DNA of 64,000 bases from a virus. Below the pieces are notes generated by a model. It was not told where the DNA came from. It made no database searches and saw nothing but the letters and a program-made list of their open reading frames with translations. The stretch lies in the IMG/VR virus record IMGVR_UViG_3300045996_004119, positions 62,111 to 126,110 of that record. The stretch is one strand, 5' to 3'. The position numbers and the translations under genes are program-made. This document shows positions 35,847 to 44,851 of this stretch, in pieces. Every line of letters starts with the position of its first letter. The first letter of the stretch is position 1.

Positions 35847-36236
35847 CTACGGCCGAGGATCAGCGGGCGCCGTCGGGTCGACTCCGAGGTGGCGGAGCTC
35901 CTCGTGAGCGGCCTCCCGCTCCTCGTCTGTGCTGGCGAGCGCGAGGCGCTTCCAGGCCCGCGCCACGGTGGGGCCAGGTCCGGGCCACGCGTTCAGGGTG
36001 GCGATGAGTGCCTCCCACGCGTGGAACTGCTCCGGGGCCATGAGCTCGGCGAGTACGTTCCGCTCGAGGTCATGCTGGCGGATCAAGCCCGCCATCGCCT
36101 GGGAGACCACATAGCGCCAGTCGGCGTCACGCGGCAGGGCCTCCCGCGCACCAGCCAAGCACGCGGCGATGGCCCCGGAGAGCTCGTCTGCGACCCGCAG
36201 CCGCGGGTCGAGCAGGTGGACAACGACGCCGGCCAT
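35847..36236 (-). CDS. Hypothetical protein
   Basis: Coupled to the upstream ORF; protein-like. Confidence 0.55.
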   Translation of the reverse strand: MAGVVVHLLDPRLRVADELSGAIAACLAGAREALPRDADWRYVVSQAMAGLIRQHDLERNVLAELMAPEQFHAWEALIATLNAWPGPGPTVARAWKRLALASTDEEREAAHEELRHLGVDPTAPADPRP

Positions 36237-36541
36237 CACAGGGCCAGCGCGAGCCCGCCCTTGTCGGAGGCGGGCAGGGTGGCGAGGTGTCCGCGCACCA
36301 TCTCGGTCAGCGCCTCCCAGATGGCGGACTCGCCGTCCCCCAGGTCCAGCGGCCGCCCGTCGAGGCCCACGCAGTCCTCGAATCCCTCCACGTCCCACCG
36401 ACCGGAGCCAATGCGCTCGCCGTCGCGGTAGAACGCGACGGCGGCCTCGTAGCCGCGTGCGCCGTTGGCCAGCTCGCCAGCGTCACGCACCTCGCTCACC
36501 TCGACCCCGAACGCGCGCCCATTGATCGTCTTGCTCAGCAT
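36236..36541 (-). CDS. Hypothetical protein
   Basis: AGGAGG SD. Confidence 0.65.
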   Translation of the reverse strand: MLSKTINGRAFGVEVSEVRDAGELANGARGYEAAVAFYRDGERIGSGRWDVEGFEDCVGLDGRPLDLGDGESAIWEALTEMVRGHLATLPASDKGGLALAL

Positions 36542-36596
36542 CTCGCACCTCCTGACGCCGAAGGCCCGCTCGGGTGACCCCGGCGAGCCTTGGCTT

Positions 36597-37100
36597 TCAC
36601 CCCACGATCTCGATGTCGCCCTTCTCTCGCTTGGAGAGGCGCCGGCAGGCGTCGTCGGCGTCCGGGTCCAGCGAGGCGAGCTGTTCCTCCTCGTAGCTCG
36701 ATGGGACCTCGATCCAGCCGTGCTTGGGGTGGCGGAACCAAATCAGGCCTCCGCCCACATCGACCCGACCACTGTAGGTCCTCACCCGAATGACCCCCTC
36801 GTCCTGGAGCCCGCGCCGCGCGCGCAGCCAGGATGCCGTCTCTCCGTGGACCACGAGAACCATGCCCACTTTCTGCGCCGGTGGCGCATCCCGCGCGGCC
36901 AGGCGCGCCTCGGCGTCCGAGGTAGCGGAGTCCTCGTCTGTGTACAGCGAGAGGGCGAGCACGCTGGCCGTGTCGCCCAACTCGTTCCTCATGAGGATCC
37001 CCTCCACGAGACCCTTCACGGTGGTCTCGTAGCAGATCCCGTCGAACGCACTCTTCGGCCCCGGGTTGAAGACGACCCACATCGTGTCGATCTTTGCCAT
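36597..37100 (-). CDS. Hypothetical protein
   Basis: 167 aa ORF; AGGAGGAG upstream; exact start uncertain. Confidence 0.6.
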   Translation of the reverse strand: MAKIDTMWVVFNPGPKSAFDGICYETTVKGLVEGILMRNELGDTASVLALSLYTDEDSATSDAEARLAARDAPPAQKVGMVLVVHGETASWLRARRGLQDEGVIRVRTYSGRVDVGGGLIWFRHPKHGWIEVPSSYEEEQLASLDPDADDACRRLSKREKGDIEIVG

Positions 37101-37210
37101 CGTCGTTGTCGCGCGCGGCACTTGGCCACGCTCTCCTCCTAACGGCAAAGGACCGGGGCTCGAGGCCTACCGGTCCATGTGCGCGGCCCCCTTTCGGGGG
37201 CCCGGCCGTT

Positions 37211-37402
37211 TCAGTCTTCGCCGCGGCGCCCGAGCTCCGCGCAGTACTTGTCGATCAGCCTCTGGGCCCCCTGCTGCTCCTTACTGCCCTCGGCGGCCAC
37301 CGTGTGGTGCCCCTCCGCCTCCCGGATCCAGACCCGGAGCATCTCCGTGGTCACGTTGGCGTAGTCGTTCAGGTCAACCGTCGCAGCGCCGTCGTTCATC
37401 AT
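37211..37402 (-). CDS. Hypothetical small protein (likely leaderless)
   Basis: ATG lies 7 nt downstream of the TATCAT -10 element. Confidence 0.6.
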   Translation of the reverse strand: MMNDGAATVDLNDYANVTTEMLRVWIREAEGHHTVAAEGSKEQQGAQRLIDKYCAELGRRGED

Positions 37403-37409
37403 GAAAGTT

Positions 37410-37437
37410 ATGATAGATCACTGGTCTACCATGTCAA
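37410..37437 (-). promoter_or_regulatory. Promoter TTGACA-16-TATCAT with operator TAGATCACTGGTCTA
   Basis: Operator at 37414-37428; its arms differ from the 35782 copy at one position and the central base also differs. Confidence 0.8.
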
Positions 37438-37593
37438 TGGCGGCGACCAACTTTTTTCGGAGAGCGCGGCGGCCGGCGTTGCGTCGACATGCCTCCGAGC
37501 GTGACAGCGTCGATGGGGTGCGGCATCCGCAGATCTGCGGACGGCGTCGCGCTCGCGCGGTGCGCATAGCTGACCGGGTCACCAGGAGGTCCC

Positions 37594-38901
37594 ATGTCAC
37601 GCGTGCCGCTCATCTCATTGATCATCGCCACCGCTGCCGCCTGCTCGCCGGAGGCGCCGCTCGAACAGCTCGGGCAGGTCGACGCCTCGTTCTCCGCTGG
37701 CCCGTTCACAGTCCAGCCTGGGGAGGACCGGACGGTCTGCTCCTACGTCCGCGCGGACAACCAGGAGGCCGCCGACATCTCCGCCTTCATCACGCAGCAG
37801 GCGCGGGGCGGGCACCACATCATCGTCTACGCCGTGGACCACCCGATCGACTCGGAGCCGCACGTCTGCACCCAGGGCGGACAGCCCGGGTGGGACACCA
37901 TGCTCATCTCGCAGCAGGAGCGCGAGGAGGTCCGGTTCCCGGCGGGCGTCGGCTACCGGATCGGTCCCAAGCAGCAGTTCGTGCTGGAGACGCACTTCAT
38001 CAACTCGAGCCCGGAGCCGGTCGACGTGTCGAGCCGCTTCGGCGTGGTCTATGCCGCGCCCGGGTCGGTCCGCGATCGCGCGGCCACGTACTACTTCGGG
38101 ACGATGAATATCGACGTCCCGGCTCGCGGGCGCGCGACGTCGGCCGGGTCATGCGCCCCGCCGGTGCCGATGACGGTGCGCACGATGTTCGGGCACCAGC
38201 ACGAGCACGGCACAGCGCTGGACGTCCAGCTCGTACCGGGTGACGGGAGCGCGCCGCGGGCCCTCTACCGCTCGACCGACTGGGCCAACGCGCCGCTCAC
38301 GACGTTCGAGGGCGGGCTCTTGGTCGGTCCCGCCGACCGGCTGCGGGTGACCTGCGACTGGGAGAACACGGGCGCCGACCGGCTGCGGTTCCCGGACGAG
38401 ATGTGTTTCTCCATCGGCTACTACTGGCCGGCCGAGATGTCCTTCACGTGCGCATCGGGCGGCGGTGGGCCGGAGGACCAGTGCACCTGCTTCGCCCGCG
38501 GCGGTCTCGACGTGGGGCCGGGCGGCGGGTCGGCGGAGCTCGCGGCGCGGCGCGCTGAGGAGGTGCCGGGCGCCGGTGGGCCGCTCAGCGCGGGGGACGC
38601 CATCTACTGCTTCCTCTACGCGCCGGAGGACTACGGCCCCGCGGGCCCGCTCCCGACGGCGCGCCCGCGCTATTTCCGCGACGCGCAAGGGGCGGAGCTC
38701 GGGAGCTCCGAGGACGCGGCGGTGATCGCGTTCGCGGACGTGACGCCGGGGAGCTACGTGGCGAGCTGCATGATGGACGTGGTTGGCGGCGGCTTCATCG
38801 CTGGGAGCGGCGACGTCGTGAACGCGACGCCGGCTCTCCTCGAGGTGGGCGCCGAGGGCACCGCTCGCGCCGAGGTCGTGCTCGACTACGCGATCCCGTA
38901 G
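37594..38901 (+). CDS. Lipoprotein, copper type II ascorbate-dependent monooxygenase (PHM/DBH-like)
   Basis: AAAC lipobox; GGHHII (CuH ligands, 37813-37818), GHQHEHG (CuM H-x-H, from 38194) and DEMC (CuM Met, 38401). Confidence 0.8.
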   Translation: MSRVPLISLIIATAAACSPEAPLEQLGQVDASFSAGPFTVQPGEDRTVCSYVRADNQEAADISAFITQQARGGHHIIVYAVDHPIDSEPHVCTQGGQPGWDTMLISQQEREEVRFPAGVGYRIGPKQQFVLETHFINSSPEPVDVSSRFGVVYAAPGSVRDRAATYYFGTMNIDVPARGRATSAGSCAPPVPMTVRTMFGHQHEHGTALDVQLVPGDGSAPRALYRSTDWANAPLTTFEGGLLVGPADRLRVTCDWENTGADRLRFPDEMCFSIGYYWPAEMSFTCASGGGGPEDQCTCFARGGLDVGPGGGSAELAARRAEEVPGAGGPLSAGDAIYCFLYAPEDYGPAGPLPTARPRYFRDAQGAELGSSEDAAVIAFADVTPGSYVASCMMDVVGGGFIAGSGDVVNATPALLEVGAEGTARAEVVLDYAIP

Positions 38902-38909
38902 CCGCTGGG

Positions 38910-39266
38910 CTACCGCTCGTCGAGGTACCGCGCGATGGCCGTCAGGATGGCGGCCTCGCGGTTCTCCAGCCCGTACACCCCCTCCACCCGGGTCGCCAGC
39001 TGCCGGTCCATCCACACCTGCTGGGCGTCCTCGGGGGCGCCGATGTCGACGTCGGCGGGCAGAACCGGCCGCGGCTTCGCGGCGAGCAGCCGGGCGACGG
39101 CGGCCTGCACGTGCTGCGTCGGCTTGAGCTCGCGCCGCTGCTCGAGCCGGGCCCACATCCGCGCCGGAATCTGAAGACGCAGGCGCACCCGGCCGTTGCG
39201 GGCAGCCATCTCGGCGGCGGGCTTGATGCCGCGGGCCTCGCCGCGTAGGTCGCTGCCGCTCACCAC
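38910..39266 (-). CDS. Putative ribbon-helix-helix-like DNA-binding protein
   Basis: VRLRLQIPARMWARLE...HVQAAVARLL plus a second similar unit, QVWMDRQL...AILTAIARYL. Confidence 0.5.
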   Translation of the reverse strand: MVSGSDLRGEARGIKPAAEMAARNGRVRLRLQIPARMWARLEQRRELKPTQHVQAAVARLLAAKPRPVLPADVDIGAPEDAQQVWMDRQLATRVEGVYGLENREAAILTAIARYLDER

Positions 39267-39334
39267 GGGCGGGCACCGACGAGGACAGGGGACGCGTAGC
39301 GGGCGGGGCTGTGGTCGGGCGACATGGCCATGGC

Positions 39335-39363
39335 ATGGTAACCCGCCGGTCTACCAAGTGCAA
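39335..39363 (-). promoter_or_regulatory. Promoter TTGCAC-17-TACCAT with operator half-site TGGTAGACC
   Basis: Same register of TTGGTAGACC after the -35 element as at 35806. Confidence 0.65.
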
Positions 39364-39428
39364 CGGGGCAGCGGGCAGCCGGCGAGGCGCCGGGTGCGAC
39401 ACCGTCGCCGTAATCGACGCAACATTGA

Positions 39429-39446
39429 TGGTAGACCACTGGACAA
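39429..39446 (+). promoter_or_regulatory. Operator copy TGGTAGACCACTGGAC
   Basis: Upstream of the rightward operon starting at 39475. Confidence 0.65.
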
Positions 39447-39474
39447 CCATGCGACTCGGATCCACCATCTGGAC

Positions 39475-39993
39475 ATGGCGAAGCGCCCCGCATCCGCAGA
39501 CTGGTCCGGCACCCCGCAGCAAGCGCTCGCTCTCCTGCGGGTGGAGCTCTCCTACCTGCTCGCGGTGCCAGCGATGCTGCTTCTGGGCACCGAGCTCAAG
39601 CGGCACCCGGTCCACGCGCGCTGGCTCCGCAGCATCCCTGGCAGCGATGCCCGCAAGCTCGGCGTCCTGTGCGCGGCCGCGCCGGCCGAGAAGCGCGCTG
39701 CCGTCAAGGCGGCGTTCTCGCAGGTGCTCTCGGCGGTCGACGCGGCGACGATGCGCGGGGTCTGCGATGGGACGGAGTACGCGATCGAGGTCCGCGTCTC
39801 GGGCGCCGATGGGTTCTACCCGTCCGACGAGGTGATCCTCGACAGCTCGGGCGGCGACGGCGTGCGCCGGCTCGCGTACTGCCGGCGCGTTCCGGCTGAC
39901 CGGCAGGGCGCTGAGGAGATCCGTGGCCTGATCGAGCAGGAGGCGTGGGAGGCGGGGGCGGACGCGGTTCAGGTCACCGTGAGGGCGGCGTGA
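39475..39993 (+). CDS. Hypothetical protein
   Basis: First ORF of a TGATG/ATGA-coupled operon. Confidence 0.6.
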   Translation: MAKRPASADWSGTPQQALALLRVELSYLLAVPAMLLLGTELKRHPVHARWLRSIPGSDARKLGVLCAAAPAEKRAAVKAAFSQVLSAVDAATMRGVCDGTEYAIEVRVSGADGFYPSDEVILDSSGGDGVRRLAYCRRVPADRQGAEEIRGLIEQEAWEAGADAVQVTVRAA

Positions 39994-40250
39994 TGACTCC
40001 TACGCTCGCCGAGAATGCCACTCGACGAAAGGCCATGTCCATGTCACACCTCATCTCCGCGCGCCGGCTCATCCTCTCCGCCATTAACGACCCTGGCGCC
40101 GCCGCGGAGCTGCTGAGCCGAGCGGTGGACTACATCCGCGCGGCGCTCGCAGGCGTGACGCCGGAGACGCCGGCCGCCGTGGCGAAGGCGGTGACCACGG
40201 AGGCGGAGGGGCTGTTCGCCATCATGGAGTGCTTTGAGGAGGTGTCCTGA
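39993..40250 (+). CDS. Hypothetical protein
   Basis: Coupled start and stop. Confidence 0.6.
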   Translation: MTPTLAENATRRKAMSMSHLISARRLILSAINDPGAAAELLSRAVDYIRAALAGVTPETPAAVAKAVTTEAEGLFAIMECFEEVS

Positions 40251-40678
40251 TGACCTGTCGGCATGCGAAGGGCGATCCGAATTGCAGCAGCCATCCGTCC
40301 AACGTGGCGGCTCGTGTGCGCGATGAAGTCGCGGCGGAACGACGTGACTTCGAGGCGAAGCGCGCCGAGGCTGAAACCAAGACGCCGGACGCCGAGCGCT
40401 ACGAGATCGTCGACACCGTGCGCGTCGGTCCGCATCTCGTCGCCAAGGTCCTCTACCCGAACTGCAAGAAGTGCAGCTACGAGGGAAACAAGGTGATGGT
40501 CTGGCTCAACGTCACGGAGGCCGATGCGCTCCGCTGGCGGCGCATCGATCCGCACTTTCGCGACCCGGGCGCGCAGCGGTCGCCGCGGGAGGCGCCCGGA
40601 CCCGCCGCGCGATTCCCCGCGTCGGACGATGGCTGGCATGATGCGCTCAGCTACGCGCGCACGAAGGCGGCCCTGTGA
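40250..40678 (+). CDS. Hypothetical phage protein
   Basis: GAGGAGG SD; YPNCKKCSYEGNKVMV motif. Confidence 0.7.
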   Translation: MTCRHAKGDPNCSSHPSNVAARVRDEVAAERRDFEAKRAEAETKTPDAERYEIVDTVRVGPHLVAKVLYPNCKKCSYEGNKVMVWLNVTEADALRWRRIDPHFRDPGAQRSPREAPGPAARFPASDDGWHDALSYARTKAAL

Positions 40679-41040
40679 CCATCCCTCCCTCCAAGCTCAC
40701 CGCCGCCCGCCTCGCCGCCGCGGAGGTCATCATCGCCGAGGGGCTCACGGGAACGAACTGGGCCGGACGTGGCCCGGAATGGCTCCGTCGTGCGGCCACG
40801 AACCTGAAGTTCTCCTTCGATGTCAGCTACCACGTGCATCCCAAGCAGGATGAGCAGTCGCCGGCAGCAATCCTCGTGCACGTGTACGAGGAGTGCGGCG
40901 GCGTCAGCGTCGCGGTGGAGCCGCGGCACCTCGGCAAGCTGAGCACGGCTCAGGCCGCTGAGACGGTGACCCAGCTCGCACGAATCGCCGAGGTCGCCCG
41001 CAAGGTCGAGGCGGCCATCGCGGAGGCGCTCGCGTCATGA
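40675..41040 (+). CDS. Hypothetical protein
   Basis: GTGA-coupled. Confidence 0.6.
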   Translation: MTIPPSKLTAARLAAAEVIIAEGLTGTNWAGRGPEWLRRAATNLKFSFDVSYHVHPKQDEQSPAAILVHVYEECGGVSVAVEPRHLGKLSTAQAAETVTQLARIAEVARKVEAAIAEALAS

Positions 41041-41780
41041 CTCGCCGCCTCGCAAAGACTCGACCGTCGCCTCCGGCGCCCGCCCCGTGGTCGCCGCAGC
41101 AGCCTTCCCGCGAGCCCTTCGTGCCGGGGTGGGTCGCAGAGCGCCACACGGCGAGCGGGCTGCCGTGTCACGTGGGCTCGATCGTCACCGGCATCGCCAG
41201 CGGCGTCTACCGTCTGCCGCGGTTCCAGCGGCCATGGCGGTGGAGCGACGAGGACACGCTCTACCTGCTCGACTCCATTCTCGCCGGGTACCACACCGGG
41301 CAGCTGCTGCTCTGGGATCGGAACGACCTGCCGGCTTCCACGGAGCGCTTCGGCGAGATCGAGGTCACTGCGCCGGCCGGTCGTGGACGCCTCGTGGTCG
41401 ACGGCCAGCAGCGACTCGGCGCGATCGCGACGGCGGCGCTCGGCCAGCGCTTCGCGTTCCACCTGCTCGACGGGCGGTTCGCAACGGACGCTGCTGGTCC
41501 GTGGTGGTGCCCTGCTGGGCTGGTCATGTGCACGAGCCCCCGCTCGATCGACTGGATCGTGCACCACGCTCGCGAGCATCGGCTCGACGAGCACCAGCTC
41601 ATCGGCGCGTTTGGGGCTGCGATTGACTCGCTGTGCTTCACGTCGCTGTACACCGTGACCATGGATCCGCAGTGGCCGCTCGACCGCGTGATCGAGAGCT
41701 ACCGCCGGCTGAACACCACGGGCGTGCGGATGTCGGCGGAGGACCTCGAGGCGGGGCTGCGGCGGGCGGTGGAGCCGTGA
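41037..41780 (+). CDS. DUF262 (GmrSD N-terminal, ParB/Srx-fold) domain protein
   Basis: LPRFQRPWRW, LLDSILAGY..G.LLLW, VVDGQQRL and F.RLNT.G-like motifs. Confidence 0.85.
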   Translation: MTRRLAKTRPSPPAPAPWSPQQPSREPFVPGWVAERHTASGLPCHVGSIVTGIASGVYRLPRFQRPWRWSDEDTLYLLDSILAGYHTGQLLLWDRNDLPASTERFGEIEVTAPAGRGRLVVDGQQRLGAIATAALGQRFAFHLLDGRFATDAAGPWWCPAGLVMCTSPRSIDWIVHHAREHRLDEHQLIGAFGAAIDSLCFTSLYTVTMDPQWPLDRVIESYRRLNTTGVRMSAEDLEAGLRRAVEP

Positions 41781-42343
41781 CCACCTTCCGCCTCTCCGCT
41801 CACCGGCGCCTCGTTGCCGACCCTCGCCGCGGGCGCCTGCTGCTCCAGCTCGCCTACGTGGCGACCGCGGACGCCGACGCGCTGTGGGACGCGCACGCAT
41901 GGCCGCCGGTGCTGTGGACCGAGCTCTCGGACGAGCAGCGCGCCGAGATCGAGGGGTTGCGTGCGCTGGGAGATGAACTCGCCGCGGAGGCTGCCCGGCT
42001 CGGGGTGCGCGGCGGGACGGACGAGGCCTTCCGCGATGTGCTCGCCTGGGCCGCGCCGCGCATCGAGGCCGCCGTGGAGCGCGAGCACCTGGTCTGGGAA
42101 GTGGCGCGAGCGCTGGAGGAGGGGGCGGTCCTCGAGGCGGGCGACGTCGAGGCGGCGCAGATCGGCAGCGCGCGGTCTGGGGCGCCGCTCTTCGCGGCGT
42201 ACCGGGACGGCGAGCCGCTCACCAGCGTGCTCAGCGCGGATGCTGCCGCGGCGGCGTTCTGCGGCGAGCGCGGGGCAGGGGAGGAGGCCGCGCGGGCGGC
42301 CCTGGAGGCGTGGGAGCAGAAGGAGGAGGAGCGAGCGGCATGA
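41777..42343 (+). CDS. Hypothetical protein
   Basis: GTGA-coupled. Confidence 0.6.
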   Translation: MTTFRLSAHRRLVADPRRGRLLLQLAYVATADADALWDAHAWPPVLWTELSDEQRAEIEGLRALGDELAAEAARLGVRGGTDEAFRDVLAWAAPRIEAAVEREHLVWEVARALEEGAVLEAGDVEAAQIGSARSGAPLFAAYRDGEPLTSVLSADAAAAAFCGERGAGEEAARAALEAWEQKEEERAA

Positions 42344-42657
42344 GCGAATTCAAGGTCGGCGACCGGGCGACGTTCGAGCTGGACGGCAACGTGCGCACCG
42401 TCTTCACGGTGGAGGAGATCGACGACGGGCGCCTCTATGCGAACGGCCGCGGGCTCATGGTCCGCGCCGCCCGCGCGCGTCCGTGGCGCCCGGGAGATGA
42501 CGAGGCCGCGCAGCACTGGCGCGACCGGCGCAACTGCATCGAGTTCAGCCGGTGGGCCGAGCTGTCGCCGGCGGACGCTGCGGCGGTGGCTGCCATCCTG
42601 CGGAAGTACCTGCCCGCGCCGGACGAGGACGACGGCGACGCCCCGGAGCCTCGATGA
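42340..42657 (+). CDS. Hypothetical protein with a KOW/SH3-like N-terminus
   Basis: FKVGDRA...FTVEEI pattern. Confidence 0.6.
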   Translation: MSEFKVGDRATFELDGNVRTVFTVEEIDDGRLYANGRGLMVRAARARPWRPGDDEAAQHWRDRRNCIEFSRWAELSPADAAAVAAILRKYLPAPDEDDGDAPEPR

Positions 42658-43340
42658 CCGCCGCCTACTCCATCGCCTACCTCCAGGACGGCCGCGACCG
42701 CGGCGCGCTCATGTACTGGTACGTGTGGGCCGCCTGGCTCGACGCGCCCGCGGGCAAGCCGTGGACGACGCCGATCGCGACCGGACGCGTGCTCCAGAGC
42801 GGCTACAGCATGGGCATCCAGCACGCCGACGAGCACGCGGAGATCGAGGCCGACGATGCCATCCGCGTGCGGCTCGGCCCTGGCGCGGAGACCCGGCGCC
42901 TCGACGACAGCTTCGCCAGGGCCGCCTACCGCGAAGCCCAGGGCGCCGCCCCGAACTGGCGGCCGAAGCGGCCGACGAAGCACCGCTACGCCACCCCGCG
43001 CGGGTTCTCGCGGCCGCCGGCGACGTCTGCGCGCACGTTCTTCGAGGCGGTGTGGGCGGCGGACGAGGCGAAGCTCCGCGAGCTCGAGGAACTGCTGCAG
43101 CGCGCTCGCCGGGCGGGAGTGGGCCACGACTTCGGCTGGATGCGCGGGCAGGCGCCGGCGCCGGCGTCGTCCGCCCTTGCCGCTCTCGGCCTCTCCCGCG
43201 GCGCCACCGAGGCCGACGTGCGCCGGGCGTACCGGAAGCTCGCGCTGCAGACGCACCCGGACCGCGGCGGCTCGGCGGAGGCGTTCAGGCGGGCCACGGA
43301 GGCGAGAGACGCGGCGCTCCGGGCGGTGGGAGGCCGCTGA
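42654..43340 (+). CDS. J-domain (DnaJ-like) protein
   Basis: C-terminal LGL...AT..DVRRAYRKLA...HPDRGG..E.F, with the HPD motif intact. Confidence 0.85.
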   Translation: MTAAYSIAYLQDGRDRGALMYWYVWAAWLDAPAGKPWTTPIATGRVLQSGYSMGIQHADEHAEIEADDAIRVRLGPGAETRRLDDSFARAAYREAQGAAPNWRPKRPTKHRYATPRGFSRPPATSARTFFEAVWAADEAKLRELEELLQRARRAGVGHDFGWMRGQAPAPASSALAALGLSRGATEADVRRAYRKLALQTHPDRGGSAEAFRRATEARDAALRAVGGR

Positions 43341-43401
43341 AGAATCGACGCGGCCGCGATCGATCCGCCGCTGGACGGCATCTTCCCCAGCAGGAGGCGT
43401 G

Positions 43402-43665
43402 ATGCAGCAGATCGATGGATGGAAGCGCGCGGCCGGGGCGTGGCAGGGGGCTGAGCCGGCCGCCGCCGAGGTGGCGGGCTGGGAGCGGTGGACCGGCGAC
43501 GCCCGGGTGGAGCTCCGGCGGAGCGGCTCGCGGTGGGCGGTGGCCCGGGACGGCGAGGTCGTGCTGTTCGGCGAGCTGCCGGCTGGCGGAGAGATGCGGC
43601 ATGCCGGGCTGCTGGCGCTCGGCGTGGCGTGTGGGGACGAGGACGTGACGAGGAGGGATCGATGA
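43402..43665 (+). CDS. Hypothetical protein
   Basis: AGGAGG SD. Confidence 0.55.
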   Translation: MQQIDGWKRAAGAWQGAEPAAAEVAGWERWTGDARVELRRSGSRWAVARDGEVVLFGELPAGGEMRHAGLLALGVACGDEDVTRRDR

Positions 43666-44036
43666 GGCTGAAAACCTGGCACTTCGAACACGCGGTGGTG
43701 GTCTCGGTGCTCGCCGCGGTGTGGTGGGCGACTGGACACGAGCTCCGGGAGGCAGCCGGATCGCTCGCCGTCTATCTCTCCTTCGGGCACGCCTCGGTGA
43801 GCGAGCGCCTGCGAGAGCGCGAGGCGGCGCGGCCGGTGCCGTCGGTGGAGTGCCACCGCAAGGCGACGCTCTACTTCGTCGGCAAGGAGATCGTCTGGGC
43901 CTGCTACTTCGTCTGGTCGGGCACCTACGCGGCCCTCGTCGGCTGCGCGGTGTTCGCGGCGTACCCGCTGTGGAGGCGATGGTGGCGGCGCGTCCACCCG
44001 ATGACGTCGGCCGCCGCACCGGTCCTTGACAGCTGA
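43662..44036 (+). CDS. Membrane protein
   Basis: Several hydrophobic segments; AGGAGG SD. Confidence 0.65.
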   Translation: MRLKTWHFEHAVVVSVLAAVWWATGHELREAAGSLAVYLSFGHASVSERLREREAARPVPSVECHRKATLYFVGKEIVWACYFVWSGTYAALVGCAVFAAYPLWRRWWRRVHPMTSAAAPVLDS

Positions 44037-44065
44037 TAGCGCAAACGCTATCGATAGACCATTGG
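44026..44065 (+). promoter_or_regulatory. Promoter TTGACA-17-TATCGA with inverted repeat GATAGCG-N4-CGCTATC and operator copy ATAGACCATTGG
   Basis: -35 at 44026-44031, inverted repeat at 44035-44052, operator at 44054-44065 identical to 35781-35792. Confidence 0.75.
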
Positions 44066-44090
44066 CGCGCAGCGCTGGGAGGGAGCAAGC

Positions 44091-44339
44091 ATGTCGAATA
44101 TCATCGACGCGATTCGGGCAGAGCTCGACCGGCTGGACGCAGGCGGCGACGACGGCATCGAGGTGGAGGCGCATCCGGCCGGCGTTCGCTTCTACGATAC
44201 CCAGGAAAGCGCCGTGTACGACGCGGCAGAGGCGCTCGCGGCACTGCGCGCGGTCGGACCGGACGACATCAACCCCGACGATGGTGGCGGCTTCGGGGCC
44301 GCGTGGAATGCGCTCGCGCACCTCCAGGAGGTGCCTTGA
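44091..44339 (+). CDS. Hypothetical acidic protein
   Basis: GGGAG SD; first gene after the promoter. Confidence 0.65.
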   Translation: MSNIIDAIRAELDRLDAGGDDGIEVEAHPAGVRFYDTQESAVYDAAEALAALRAVGPDDINPDDGGGFGAAWNALAHLQEVP

Positions 44340-44851
44340 CGCAGCAGCTTGACTCCGCAACCCTCGCCGCCGAGCTGCGCCGGGAGATCGCCGCCGCCCT
44401 CGCCTCTGCGGGGCTCTCGCAGCGCGACCTTTCCGAGTCGACCGGGATCGCCCAGAGCGGCATCAGCCGGGCGCTCACGGGCACGGCCGACCCTCAGCTC
44501 TCCACGTTGGTGCGCCTGCTCGCGGCGGTAGGCTGCCGGCTGCGGGTGGAGCTGGTCGACACGCCCAACGACGTAGAGATCGCCACAGGGACGAACTACC
44601 GAACACGTTTCAGCGACAAGAGGGAGCAAATGCCTACAACCAAGTTCAACGTATCTAGAAACGAAGTCTGCGTGCTGCATAGCAGCGACTGGGCTGGCGA
44701 CGTGGAAATTGTCTGGAGCGACAGCGGGACAGAGCGTCGCGTCAAAATGCCGGGCAACATGCTGCTCAGCATCTCCTCGGCTATCTTCCAGGCGAAGCTC
44801 GCTCAGAGGGCGAAGGCGTTCGTGGATCGCCTGACGTTCAGGCGCTCTTGA
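44336..44851 (+). CDS. XRE-family HTH transcriptional regulator
   Basis: TTG start after AGGAGG; GLSQRDLSESTGIAQSGISRAL.G..DPQLSTLVRLL. Confidence 0.85.
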   Translation: MTQQLDSATLAAELRREIAAALASAGLSQRDLSESTGIAQSGISRALTGTADPQLSTLVRLLAAVGCRLRVELVDTPNDVEIATGTNYRTRFSDKREQMPTTKFNVSRNEVCVLHSSDWAGDVEIVWSDSGTERRVKMPGNMLLSISSAIFQAKLAQRAKAFVDRLTFRRS

